Part shown: in pieces, positions 37,430 to 46,437 of the stretch
Position numbering within the stretch: position 1 is the stretch's first letter
Layout: each line of letters starts with the position of its first letter
Assembly (NCBI GenBank): GCA_004556165.1
Contig: SFIR01000001.1
Location: 150,216 to 214,215 of the forward strand
Length of the DNA stretch: 64,000 nt
Reading direction: 5' to 3'
Source: Clostridiales bacterium
GTDB lineage: Bacteria; Bacillota; Clostridia; Christensenellales; CAG-138
Made by a program: the position numbers and the translations under genes
Notes under the pieces: model-generated
What the model was told of the DNA's origin: nothing
The model's database searches: none
Seen by the model: the letters and a program-made list of their open reading frames with translations, nothing else

Positions 37430-38008
37430 ATGTCAATTTTCGATTCAATTAAAAGCAAGGCCGGAACTGCTATCAATAAGGCAGTTACCGCCGCAGGCAA
37501 TAAGAACTATACCGTAGTTCTCAATACCCTTCCCATGAGCGTTGAGGAGCTCAAGGCAATGCCGCAGGGCAGCCTCAAGAATCCCGAAGATACCGCTGCG
37601 CTCGTTATTGCAGCACTCGCAGTCTATCCTGCCGCACCCGATGCTTCCATTGCAATGATCAATTATATGCGCAACGGCCGTGACCTCATCGGAAGCGATC
37701 TTCAGTTCGTCAAGGAACGCGGAGTCAGCCACAATAACGCTGTCATCGCCTGCTTCAAGGGTGCAACTCCCGAAAATAACTATACTCCCACCGAGCCTGC
37801 GACCATAGAGATGATGGAGAATGCATACAGCCGTGAACAGATCAAGGATGGCATCCTTACACTCTATGTCAAGTGCAACGGTGCCGATTCACATCGCGTA
37901 ATCACCCTCCGTCAGAAGGCTTCAACGGGTGAATGGTTCTTCTGGAGCGGCATTATGGGCCTCCTCAGCCAGGTCAAAACCCCCAAAGCAGCTGATCCCT
38001 GGGCGTAA
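37430..38008 (+). CDS. Hypothetical protein (192 aa)
   Basis: AAGGAG RBS. No TM helix or signal peptide, and no recognisable motif. Confidence 0.55.
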   Translation: MSIFDSIKSKAGTAINKAVTAAGNKNYTVVLNTLPMSVEELKAMPQGSLKNPEDTAALVIAALAVYPAAPDASIAMINYMRNGRDLIGSDLQFVKERGVSHNNAVIACFKGATPENNYTPTEPATIEMMENAYSREQIKDGILTLYVKCNGADSHRVITLRQKASTGEWFFWSGIMGLLSQVKTPKAADPWA

Positions 38009-38035
38009 GAAAGATTTTACAGAGGCTAATCCCAA

Positions 38036-40996
38036 ATGAAAAAGCTTTTTGCAACCATTTTGGCGGTAACAATGCTCATCAGCATTATTACTGTACCTGC
38101 CTTTGCAGAAACAGATAACGATCTCGGCATTGAAACCATTGGCACCGATGACACTCAGACTCCATGCACTCCGGCGACCTTTGAAGAATGCCTGAATTAC
38201 GGCGATACCAATCTGACCTACACATCAGATGGTTGGAGTATTGGGGACACAAGCTTCAACAGCTATTGTGCTGTTGCCAACAGCCATGTTCCCAATACTG
38301 TTGCAACGCTCAGCTTCGAGCTTCCCCACGGAAGCGTGACTGTAAGCGGTTACAGATATCTTGTATATCTTGAATTTGATTACAGCATTCGTGCTGCTGA
38401 CGGCAATGCGGGCTGCAATCTGCTCTTCCAGGCATTATGCGGCGACAGCAGTGTGGTCAATGCATCGGGCACACTCCATGATACGGACGGCGCATGGAAG
38501 CATGCAAGCTTTCTTCTCGGTGAGTATGATGAATATCTGAGCGCTTCCTTAACCTTCAACAACGGCAGCTGTGATTATGCCACATACTCTTATGTTGCAA
38601 ATATTAACTTCAGAATGGTGCATGTGAGCGAGGATTTCTTCGCCTATAAATACAATACCGATGAGCATATCGAATTTGATCCCATGACCGGAGAGGTTCT
38701 CGATATCGAGAGATTCCCCTCTTCAGGAAGCGACAGCAGCTGGTCCTTCTGTGAAGTCATCGCAGCAACCAGCGCGAACGATACCATCTACGGCTTTGTT
38801 CATTATCGCACATACAATAGTGATAATGAATATATGAAATTGGCATCATTTACTCCTAAGACATCTTCGGATGATCCGTACAATGATTTCACGCCGAATT
38901 ATCAGAACAGCAATGGTGAAGACCGTGCCGTCATTGATTACAGCACTTACGGTATCTATGATATGGCGTATAACTATTATAATCACTATATCTATGCAGT
39001 CGGCTGGGAAATGTATGAAGAGGAAGGGACTTCCGAACCGGTCAGCAAGCCCTGTCTGTTCCGTATAGATCCGGAGGTTGGAAATGTCGATTTAGTCAAT
39101 TATATTACTGTTAATAACTATGCCCCTATAACGGCAACCGGAATCGCAATAGACCCCGATGGTAATGCATATGTAGTTTGCGAAGGAGGTAACGAAATAT
39201 ATTCAATTAACCTCAGCACTGCCAGGCTCAAACAGGTCGGCTTGTTCATAGGCGGCATTTCGGAGGTCGGAGAATCCTATTTTTACGGCACCCAGTCTAT
39301 GCACTGGGATATGAATACCAATACTTTGCTCATTGCTGCAAATCTTAAGACGACCGGTGATGCTGCGCCTTACTACCACCGCGATATCTATGCTATGACC
39401 CCTAATAGTACTGTTGGCAGCATGTGGCTCTGCGATTTTCCGGCCAGTGGTTCCGTTTTTGACGGAGACAGTATTCGTTGCCTCTGCTCACTCTATTTCC
39501 CCGGTGAGCTGGAAAAGGCAGGCTGCGTCCCCGGAAGCGCTATCGATCTCACTACAGACTACTCGGGCGCCCGCCCCTATTGGAAGAGCATGAACGGCAT
39601 ACTGAAATCAGATTCCGAGTGTTGGTCGGGTGTAAGTGCACGCTTAAGCACAACCGTTAATCTGTATCGTGATGAATATCTCAACTTCGAATACCTCGTC
39701 CGCGGGGAGATACGCCCCGAAAGCGGAGTAATTGATGATGGCTTTTATGTTTATATTGATGGTGAACTCGTTCTTGAAATGGGAATTCAGCCTGCATGGA
39801 AGAATTTCAGCTATCTGCTGACAGCAGGAAGGCATACCATCGAATGGCATTATTCGAAGGACACATACGGAAATCAAGTCGGAGACTATGCTGCGCTCAG
39901 AAATATCATGCTTGCGGGTACTGATATAGGTTCTGCGGTCGATTTGTGCGGCTCCGCCATTGAGAACAGCGTTCGTTTTGATTTCGATGCATCCGGCGAT
40001 TATCCCTTCCGTCCAGTAAATGATCCTTTCTACGGCCTTGTGCTCCGAAGCTCAAACATGGGAAGACATAATACAACCTCTTCCTTTGAATTCAGCGTCA
40101 ATGTAGATACCGGGGATCATCTCCACATTGATTACGCTGTCGGCGGTGAAGTATCCGTAAGTGGCTCTACGAAATATGACTGTCTCCAGTTCTACGTCGA
40201 TGGTTCTCTGATCGAAACCTATGCGGAGGAATGGCCGGACGATAGCCCTGAGATCTATTATACGTTCACCGAATCGGGCGATCATACCATAAAGCTGACC
40301 TACAAGAAGGATTCAAGCGTCAACGGTGAGATGGACTATGCACTCATCTACGGAATTCAGGTCATTTCCGCCCATGGCTATGACTGCCTGAATACAATGG
40401 GCTCCGATTATTGCTTCGAATTCTATTATGATTCGCATGGCGGCTTATATGAATACTGCTGGGAGATTGAATGCGAGCAGGTCATGAGCGGAAACAGGGG
40501 CAGGCATAACTCCTCCGCATATCTTGCAACCACTATAAATACCACTACCGGCGGTGTGCTTCAGTTTGATTACATGGTCAACGGTGAGCAATCGAGCAGC
40601 GATGTATATGACTATCTGGAAGTTACGCTCGATGGAAGCATATCAGTGCTGCGAGTCGGTTATTCCGATGGCTGGCAGACCGCATATATCGAAATTCCGA
40701 GCGGAAATCATACCATCGAATTCATCTATAGTAAGGATAGTGCCGTCACCGAAGTGGGCGACTGCGCGAAGCTTGCATGCTTTATTTTCCGCGCAGGTGC
40801 GTCCGGAGGACTCTTAGGCGATGTTGACGGCAGCGGCACTCTGGACCTTATCGACGCAATGCTCCTGAATCGCTATATGCTCGGTTTGGTCAGCGAATCC
40901 GCACTTGATCTTTCTGTTGCAGATATGAACGGAGACGGCAATATCAATAATTTTGATGCGCTCCTCATTGCTCGCAGGGTCTTGGGCATTGGCTGA
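38036..40996 (+). CDS. Secreted dockerin-containing protein with four repeated beta-sandwich-like modules and a central repeat region
   Basis: Signal peptide ends at VPAFA/ET. The C-terminal type-I dockerin has two Ca-binding repeats (DVDGSGTLDLID, DMNGDGNINNFD; about nt 40811-40993). Three clearly related roughly 125-aa modules share F-Y-V-GE...Y/F-V-DG...W...G-HTIE/K-Y-KD...GD-A, and there is one more distant N-terminal copy. Confidence 0.85.
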   Translation: MKKLFATILAVTMLISIITVPAFAETDNDLGIETIGTDDTQTPCTPATFEECLNYGDTNLTYTSDGWSIGDTSFNSYCAVANSHVPNTVATLSFELPHGSVTVSGYRYLVYLEFDYSIRAADGNAGCNLLFQALCGDSSVVNASGTLHDTDGAWKHASFLLGEYDEYLSASLTFNNGSCDYATYSYVANINFRMVHVSEDFFAYKYNTDEHIEFDPMTGEVLDIERFPSSGSDSSWSFCEVIAATSANDTIYGFVHYRTYNSDNEYMKLASFTPKTSSDDPYNDFTPNYQNSNGEDRAVIDYSTYGIYDMAYNYYNHYIYAVGWEMYEEEGTSEPVSKPCLFRIDPEVGNVDLVNYITVNNYAPITATGIAIDPDGNAYVVCEGGNEIYSINLSTARLKQVGLFIGGISEVGESYFYGTQSMHWDMNTNTLLIAANLKTTGDAAPYYHRDIYAMTPNSTVGSMWLCDFPASGSVFDGDSIRCLCSLYFPGELEKAGCVPGSAIDLTTDYSGARPYWKSMNGILKSDSECWSGVSARLSTTVNLYRDEYLNFEYLVRGEIRPESGVIDDGFYVYIDGELVLEMGIQPAWKNFSYLLTAGRHTIEWHYSKDTYGNQVGDYAALRNIMLAGTDIGSAVDLCGSAIENSVRFDFDASGDYPFRPVNDPFYGLVLRSSNMGRHNTTSSFEFSVNVDTGDHLHIDYAVGGEVSVSGSTKYDCLQFYVDGSLIETYAEEWPDDSPEIYYTFTESGDHTIKLTYKKDSSVNGEMDYALIYGIQVISAHGYDCLNTMGSDYCFEFYYDSHGGLYEYCWEIECEQVMSGNRGRHNSSAYLATTINTTTGGVLQFDYMVNGEQSSSDVYDYLEVTLDGSISVLRVGYSDGWQTAYIEIPSGNHTIEFIYSKDSAVTEVGDCAKLACFIFRAGASGGLLGDVDGSGTLDLIDAMLLNRYMLGLVSESALDLSVADMNGDGNINNFDALLIARRVLGIG

Positions 40997-41039
40997 TGCT
41001 CCGACGTTAAGTCAAGATTTATATTTGACGGCGGTCCGT

Positions 41040-41079
41040 TCGGAACAGAACGGACTGCCGTTTCCTTTTATGCATGGAC
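41040..41079 (+). terminator. Intrinsic terminator after the dockerin gene
   Basis: GGCGGTCCGTTC/GAACGGACTGCC 12-bp stem, followed by GTTTCCTTTT. Confidence 0.8.
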
Positions 41080-41322
41080 CGTATGCACCCATGATAAGCG
41101 TGATGCATCTATTGAATAGGGGGGAGTGTATTTTTCTTCTTAGTGAATAACACTCGCTTTTTGATTGGCTTTACTGTCGGACAAGCAAACAGTATATGCT
41201 TATTTGACATTATCTGTGAAGAAAATTCCTCAGATAACTTAATTTGAATCGAAAATGCTATTGTATACGGGGGAATTTTGTGCTATCATATACATAGCTC
41301 GGAAGAAGGAGGGTTAACTTCA

Positions 41323-41622
41323 ATGGAAAAGAACTCTAAAGATACCAATGCAGCAAAGAATTTAGGGAATACTATCAAGTTCCGCAGGACGAACGAGAAG
41401 CAGACCGCGCATGAGGTACTGATGAATGTTTATGCGGCGATGACGGAAAAGGGCTATGACCCCGTAAATCAGATCGTTGGATACCTCCTTTCTGGTGATC
41501 CGACCTATATTACAAGCTATAACAATGCCCGTTATCTTATCCGCACTATCGAGCGTGATGAGCTTGCAGAGGAATTGGTGCGCTCGTACATCGAGCAGTA
41601 CGGTAAGGACAGCATCGTTTGA
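41323..41622 (+). CDS. ireB: IreB family regulatory phosphoprotein (UPF0297)
   Basis: [54 protein letters not shown] is highly characteristic of UPF0297/IreB. I set the start at 41323 behind GGAGGG. Confidence 0.85.
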   Translation: MEKNSKDTNAAKNLGNTIKFRRTNEKQTAHEVLMNVYAAMTEKGYDPVNQIVGYLLSGDPTYITSYNNARYLIRTIERDELAEELVRSYIEQYGKDSIV

Positions 41623-41662
41623 GCTGCTGAATGCTTCGGTGTTCAATATGAAGAGCAGAATA

Positions 41663-41686
41663 AGAGCGACCGAATTCGGTCGCTCT
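41663..41686. terminator. Bidirectional terminator between ireB and pduL
   Basis: Perfect palindrome AGAGCGACCGAATTCGGTCGCTCT. Confidence 0.7.
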
Positions 41687-41714
41687 CGATTTATGCTGTA
41701 TAGGGATATAGCTG

Positions 41715-42296
41715 TCAGAACTGTACGTCTACGATATGACCGGGGCATCCGTTGCGGGGAACATTAGCACCGTTCGCTTCATCGGTATCTATGTGCATAG
41801 CGAGCTTGAATTTCGGGCTGACACGAACGACGACATCGCCGAAAACGGTCTTCCTGCCATCGGTATCAACGGCAACGCTGACAATCTGCTTGTCGGTAAC
41901 GCCGAATGCAGCGGCATCTTCGGGAGTCATGTGGATATGACGCTTGGCAATGATAAGGCCTTCGGTGAGCTGAATGCTTCCCTCGGGTCCTTCGATTTCG
42001 ATGGGGGCGGTGCCTGCGATATCACCGGATTCACGAATGAACCCTTCTGCGCGGAGAGCTACGCTGTCGGTCTTGGAAACCTCGACCTGGCTTGCCTTGC
42101 GGACGGGCCCGAGAATGGAAACGCGCTCGATCCTGCGGTCACCGTTCTTCAGAGTGACCTTTTCCTTGCTGAGGAACTGGTCGGGCTGGGAAAGCGGACG
42201 GTCAAAGGTAAGCTCGTGGCCCTTGCCGAACAGAGCTTCAACATGTTCCTGAGTGAGATGCACATGGCGTGCGGATACTTCAACGATAAAATCCAT
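41715..42296 (-). CDS. pduL: Phosphate propanoyltransferase / phosphotransacylase PduL
   Basis: Duplicated PduL repeats (EVSARHVHLTQEHVEALFG and AKRHIHMTPEDAAAFG), about 190 aa in total. Confidence 0.88.
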   Translation of the reverse strand: MDFIVEVSARHVHLTQEHVEALFGKGHELTFDRPLSQPDQFLSKEKVTLKNGDRRIERVSILGPVRKASQVEVSKTDSVALRAEGFIRESGDIAGTAPIEIEGPEGSIQLTEGLIIAKRHIHMTPEDAAAFGVTDKQIVSVAVDTDGRKTVFGDVVVRVSPKFKLAMHIDTDEANGANVPRNGCPGHIVDVQF

Positions 42297-42440
42297 GATA
42301 TTGCCTCCATGATTTTTTAAGATAAATATTGGGAAAAACAGCGGAAATTCCCATCGCTCCTATTTTCCTACATATTAACTTAAAAGTAAAGAGCTGAGGG
42401 AAAATATAATGGATATTTTGCATAGATAAGGAGTTTAATA

Positions 42441-43103
42441 ATGAAAGATTTCAGTGTGTTCGATATAATAGGACCGCGCATGGTCGGGCCGAGCAGCTCG
42501 CATACCGCAGGCGCCGTGCGCATAGGGCTTGTCGCACGAAGCTTCATCAAGGGACATATTTCTTCGGTTGAGATAACGCTCTACGGTTCATTTGCAGATA
42601 CAGGAAGGGGCCACGGTACGGATAGGGCGATAGTTGCAGGAATACTTGGCGTTGAACCCGACGATCCGAGGATAAAATATTCCATGCTGCTTGCAAAGAG
42701 CGAAGATATGGCCGTTACCGTAAATTACAGCCACGAGCCAACCGACCATCCGAATACCGCCCGCATCAAGGTGACGGGGGACGATAATAAGAGCTTTACA
42801 ATAGTCGGAATATCAATCGGCGGAGGCAATATCAGAATAATAGAGATAAACGGCATGGAGGTGTCGTTCGGAGGCGATTATCCTACGCTGATAGCATTCT
42901 ATAATGACGTGCCCGGCGTGATTTCGAAGGTTTCGACCGTGCTTGCCGCAATGAATATAAATATTGCCTTTATGCGCGTATTCCGTCAGGCAAAGCGCAA
43001 GGAAGCATGCATGGTAATAGAAACGGATGCGATAATAAATGGGGAAGTGCTGGATGTGCTCAGCAACTGTGTTGAAGAGATCGCGGAGGTTTGTGCAATA
43101 TGA
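42441..43103 (+). CDS. sdaAB: L-serine ammonia-lyase, iron-sulfur-dependent, beta subunit
   Basis: FDIIGPRMVGPSSSHTAGA N-terminus plus a C-terminal ACT-like domain. Confidence 0.93.
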   Translation: MKDFSVFDIIGPRMVGPSSSHTAGAVRIGLVARSFIKGHISSVEITLYGSFADTGRGHGTDRAIVAGILGVEPDDPRIKYSMLLAKSEDMAVTVNYSHEPTDHPNTARIKVTGDDNKSFTIVGISIGGGNIRIIEINGMEVSFGGDYPTLIAFYNDVPGVISKVSTVLAAMNINIAFMRVFRQAKRKEACMVIETDAIINGEVLDVLSNCVEEIAEVCAI

Positions 43104-43972
43104 GTTATGCATTTGATAACGGAAAAGAGCTGCTGGAGCTTTGTGAAAACGAGAATATTACGATTGCTGAGGTCATGATACGCAGGGAAATGGAGCGAAG
43201 CGAAGAAAGCCGTGAAAAGATTGTAAACGAGATGTATCTGAACCTCAAGGTCATGGAAAAATCTATCCACATCGGTCTTGAAGAGAATCAGCAGACCATG
43301 ACAGGCCTTGCCGGGAACAATGCGGAAAAGCTTTACGCATATGCGGAGAAAGCGAATATGGGGCAGGATATGGCAAGAGTCTGCGCTGCCGCAATGGCTG
43401 TGACCGAGGTCAATGCTTCCATGGGTGAGATCGTTGCTACGCCGACTGCCGGTGCGAGCGGAGTGCTTCCTGCGGTGCTTGTCATGAACAGCGAAAAGCA
43501 CGGATTTACGGATCGGGATCTTGTGAACGGTCTTTTTGCCGCGGGCGCAATAGGAATAATTATTGCAAAGAATGCTTCAATCTCGGGCGCGGAGGGCGGC
43601 TGTCAGGCGGAGATCGGCTCTGGTTCAGCTATGGCGGCAGCTGCGCTTGCGGAGTTATGCGGAGCGAAGCCCGAGGCCTGCCTTGATGCTGCTGCGATCG
43701 CCCTAAAGAATATCATGGGGCTTGTTTGCGACCCCGTTGCAGGACTTGTCGAATGTCCCTGCATCAAGCGTAATGCCATGGGTGCAGCAAATGCCGTGCT
43801 TGCGGCCGATATGGTGCTTGCAGGCATTAAGAGCATAATCCCGTTTGATGAGACCGTTGCGGCTATGTATAACGTGGGTAAAATGATGAATTCCGACCTT
43901 CGCGAAACCTCGCGCGGAGGGCTTGCCGCAACCAAGACCGCAAAGGAGATTTCCGCCAGGATTAAGGCGTAA
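43091..43972 (+). CDS. sdaAA: L-serine ammonia-lyase, iron-sulfur-dependent, alpha subunit
   Basis: Motifs ATPTAGASGVLPA, GGCQAEIGSGSAMAAA and CDPVAGLVECPCIKRN. It overlaps sdaAB by 13 nt. Confidence 0.93.
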   Translation: MCNMSYAFDNGKELLELCENENITIAEVMIRREMERSEESREKIVNEMYLNLKVMEKSIHIGLEENQQTMTGLAGNNAEKLYAYAEKANMGQDMARVCAAAMAVTEVNASMGEIVATPTAGASGVLPAVLVMNSEKHGFTDRDLVNGLFAAGAIGIIIAKNASISGAEGGCQAEIGSGSAMAAAALAELCGAKPEACLDAAAIALKNIMGLVCDPVAGLVECPCIKRNAMGAANAVLAADMVLAGIKSIIPFDETVAAMYNVGKMMNSDLRETSRGGLAATKTAKEISARIKA

Positions 43973-44022
43973 ACTAAGAAGCCATAACCTTTCGGCTATG
44001 ACTTTTCAAACGATAATAAAGT

Positions 44023-45201
44023 TTAGCGTTCGCCGACCACCATGATTTCGGTATCGGCGATCGCTTTTTCTATGAGGGGAGCAAAATCTACCGCAGCCTC
44101 GCTTGCACGGATGTCTTCGAGTACGGGCTTAGTCACCGGGTGCTTCGGGACGAATACCGTGCAGCAATCCTCATAGGGGAGAATGCTCGTTTCATAAGTA
44201 CCGATCTTACGGGAAAGATCCATTATCTCATCCTTATCGAAGCCGATGAGGGGACGGAATACGGGCATGGATACGGCATCATCCGTGACGCAGAGGCTTT
44301 CAAGGGTCTGGCTTGCGACCTGCCCCAAGGATTCGCCGGTGATGAGTGCGCGAGAGCCCTCGCCATCGGCAATGCGTTCTGCGATCTTCATCATAAGCCT
44401 GCGCATGAGCACGGTTGTTTCCTTTTCGGGACAGTCATCGTATATCTTCATCTGAATATCTGTGAAGGGAACGAGGTAGAGCCTGATAGGAAGAGCGTAG
44501 CGTGAAAGCAGCCTTGCAAGATCTATGACCTTGTCGCGTGCGCGTTCACTGGTATAGGGATAGCTGTAAAAATGAACTGCGCTGAGCGTGAGTCCGCGTT
44601 TTGCCATCATATAGCCTGCAACGGGGCTGTCTATGCCGCCGGAGATGAGCAGCGTTGCTTTGCCTGCCGAACCGACCGGCATACCGTTGGCACAGGGAAT
44701 CTCGGAACAGTAGATGTATGCGGAATCTCGGATCTCTATGCAAAGCGAAATTTCGGGCTTGCGGATATCAACATGCAGCTCCGGGAAACGTATCAGCATC
44801 TGATAGCCCATTTCGTGGTTTATCGCATCGGAATTCATGAAATAGTGCTTGTCTGAACGCCGCGCAAACACCTTGAAGCTCGCCGGACCGCCTCCGCGGC
44901 GCTCGATCTCTTGCTGCATAAGCTCCGCACAAGTATTGATAACATTATCCCAGTCCTTATCAACGACGTATGCAGGGCTGAGCGAGTGAATGCCGAAAAC
45001 CCTTGTCAGCCTGTCAACAGCAGTATCGAAGCTGTCTTCGGGGATGGAATGCACATAGATGCGTCCCTGCTCGTGCGCGATTTTGCTGGGTATGCCGCGA
45101 AGCGCACCCTTCATGTTGGAGATGAGCTTCTTTTCAAAAAACGGTCTGTTAAGACCTTTGAGATGGATCTCGGTGTAACGAACGAGTATGATTTTTTCCA
45201 T
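44023..45201 (-). CDS. thiI: tRNA 4-thiouridine(8) synthase ThiI
   Basis: N-terminal ferredoxin-like and THUMP regions, and the PP-loop LLISGGIDSPVA. Confidence 0.93.
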   Translation of the reverse strand: MEKIILVRYTEIHLKGLNRPFFEKKLISNMKGALRGIPSKIAHEQGRIYVHSIPEDSFDTAVDRLTRVFGIHSLSPAYVVDKDWDNVINTCAELMQQEIERRGGGPASFKVFARRSDKHYFMNSDAINHEMGYQMLIRFPELHVDIRKPEISLCIEIRDSAYIYCSEIPCANGMPVGSAGKATLLISGGIDSPVAGYMMAKRGLTLSAVHFYSYPYTSERARDKVIDLARLLSRYALPIRLYLVPFTDIQMKIYDDCPEKETTVLMRRLMMKIAERIADGEGSRALITGESLGQVASQTLESLCVTDDAVSMPVFRPLIGFDKDEIMDLSRKIGTYETSILPYEDCCTVFVPKHPVTKPVLEDIRASEAAVDFAPLIEKAIADTEIMVVGER

Positions 45202-45250
45202 GATTATGGTTTTATCCTTTCAAAAAGGTCGATTTTGACCTTGCTTATGA

Positions 45251-46387
45251 TTATCTTCTTCTGAACCTTCTGAGCAGGTTCAGGCTGTCCTCAATATACT
45301 GGGCAGCGGTATCCGCTTCTTCGACCGTATTGAACGGGGAAAAGCTGAAGCGAATAGCTCCATCCTGCCTGTCTCCGGTAATGCCCATTGCAGTCAGCAC
45401 ACGGTTCTTGCCGCGATGGCGCGCAGCGCATGCTGAACCCGTTGAAACGAGCAGCCCCTTATCCATGAGTGAGTTAAGCAGCACTTCGCCGCGTACTCCG
45501 AGAAAGCTCACATTGAGTATATATGGCACACCCTTATCTATTTCGGGACCGTTCAGCCTAACATCGCGAATGCGGATGAGGTTATTGAAAAGCCTGTGCT
45601 TGACGGCGGACATATTGGAGAAGTACTCATCGTGGTTCGCCGTATATATGGCGCACGAATTATCAAGAGCCATGATGCCGGGTACATTGGTAGTGCCGGA
45701 ACGGAGATTGTTTTCCTGACCTCCGCCCATCTGACCGCCTTTGAAACGGACACCGCTTCTCACATACAGCGCGCCGATGCCCTTGGGCGCATGGAGCTTA
45801 TGACCGCTCATAGAGTACATATCGCACCTGACAGCCGGCATCTTCACATAGGCTTGTACCCCGTCAACGTGGAAAACGGCATTGGGAGATTGCTTCTTTA
45901 CGAGATCATTTATGGCATTTATATCGTTGACCGCACCGCTTTCGTTGTTCACATGCATAATGCTGACATATCCGGTATTGCCGTTAAGCGCATCGGCAAG
46001 CTCATCCATATTTATTCTGCCGGTTTTGTCAACGCCGACGACGACAACATCATATCCCTTTTCACGCATAGAGGTAATCGGTTCATAAACCGATGGATGC
46101 TCAACAGCGGAGGTGATTATTCTGCATTTATCATGCATTGCTCCGAGCGTACCGAAAAGAGCCATGTTGTTGCTCTCCGTGCCGCCGCTGGTGAAGATAA
46201 ATTCACTTGCATCGGCATGAATATAGGAAGCAAGCCTTCCCCTTGCGGAATTGACATCCCTTTCGGTGCTGACGGCAGGGGAATAGGAGGCAGCAGGGTT
46301 GAAAAACTGTTCTCGCATGTATTTTACTGCGATATCAGCTGAGCTTTCGAATACAGCAGTGGTCGCACTGTTATCAAAATAGATCAT
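45251..46387 (-). CDS. Cysteine desulfurase (NifS/IscS class)
   Basis: PLP-Lys motif SMSGHKLHAPKGIGAL and active-site loop STGSACA. It is paired with thiI. Confidence 0.92.
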   Translation of the reverse strand: MIYFDNSATTAVFESSADIAVKYMREQFFNPAASYSPAVSTERDVNSARGRLASYIHADASEFIFTSGGTESNNMALFGTLGAMHDKCRIITSAVEHPSVYEPITSMREKGYDVVVVGVDKTGRINMDELADALNGNTGYVSIMHVNNESGAVNDINAINDLVKKQSPNAVFHVDGVQAYVKMPAVRCDMYSMSGHKLHAPKGIGALYVRSGVRFKGGQMGGGQENNLRSGTTNVPGIMALDNSCAIYTANHDEYFSNMSAVKHRLFNNLIRIRDVRLNGPEIDKGVPYILNVSFLGVRGEVLLNSLMDKGLLVSTGSACAARHRGKNRVLTAMGITGDRQDGAIRFSFSPFNTVEEADTAAQYIEDSLNLLRRFRRR

Positions 46388-46437
46388 AGGTCATATACCT
46401 CGTTCCTAAGGTTTTTCTTTACACAATATGCTGTGAT

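Noticed and set aside
23564-41000. A genomic island integrated at tRNA-Ala, since accessory genes follow the tRNA.
   Set aside because: There is no integrase, recombinase, transposase or phage gene, and I found no direct repeat of the tRNA 3' end. The tract is better described as ordinary variable chromosome.
41736-42320. A 194-aa plus-strand ORF mirroring pduL.
   Set aside because: The minus-strand product has the duplicated PduL signature motifs. The plus-strand product is featureless and Gly/Ala-rich, so it is an antisense artefact.
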